Below are positions 63,959 to 64,000 of a DNA stretch of 64,000 nt, in pieces. Each line of letters begins with the position of its first letter. Positions within the stretch are counted from its first letter, which is position 1. This stretch comes from Octopus vulgaris (Eukaryota). Under the pieces are notes generated by a model that was not told the origin of the DNA, searched no databases, and saw only the letters and a program-made list of their open reading frames with translations. The DNA lies in NCBI GenBank assembly GCA_951406725.2, contig OX597815.1:174220001-174284000 (forward strand), in the 5' to 3' direction. The position numbers and the translations under genes are program-made.

Positions 63959-64000
63959 ACCAAAGAGAAAGAGAAAAATGAAAAAGCAAAATGACAAAAC

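Overview
AT-rich, repeat-dense animal genomic DNA, most likely a coleoid cephalopod such as an octopus. That assignment is an inference from the SINE types and the mollusc-like catalase N-terminus. The window holds one complete host gene on the + strand: a heme catalase in 12 coding exons, from ATG 9417 to TAG 63958. It reconstructs to 1539 nt (512 aa), starting MANRDKVSDQL and ending in a PTS1-like SNL. One splice junction (exon 9/10) keeps frame only with a non-canonical TT..AG intron. The rest is intron and flank filled with tRNA-derived SINEs, CR1/L2-like, RTE and R4-like LINE fragments, Tc1/mariner and hAT relics, TTAA-flanked MITEs, long hairpin elements and microsatellites. The most notable non-genic signal is a tRNA-headed short element whose tail carries a minimal type I hammerhead-ribozyme motif and which inserts in Penelope-like inverted configurations. 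A second, unrelated hammerhead-like relic lies in intron 2. Repeat boundaries are approximate unless a target-site duplication (TSD) is quoted. Family names come from recalled motifs, not database searches.
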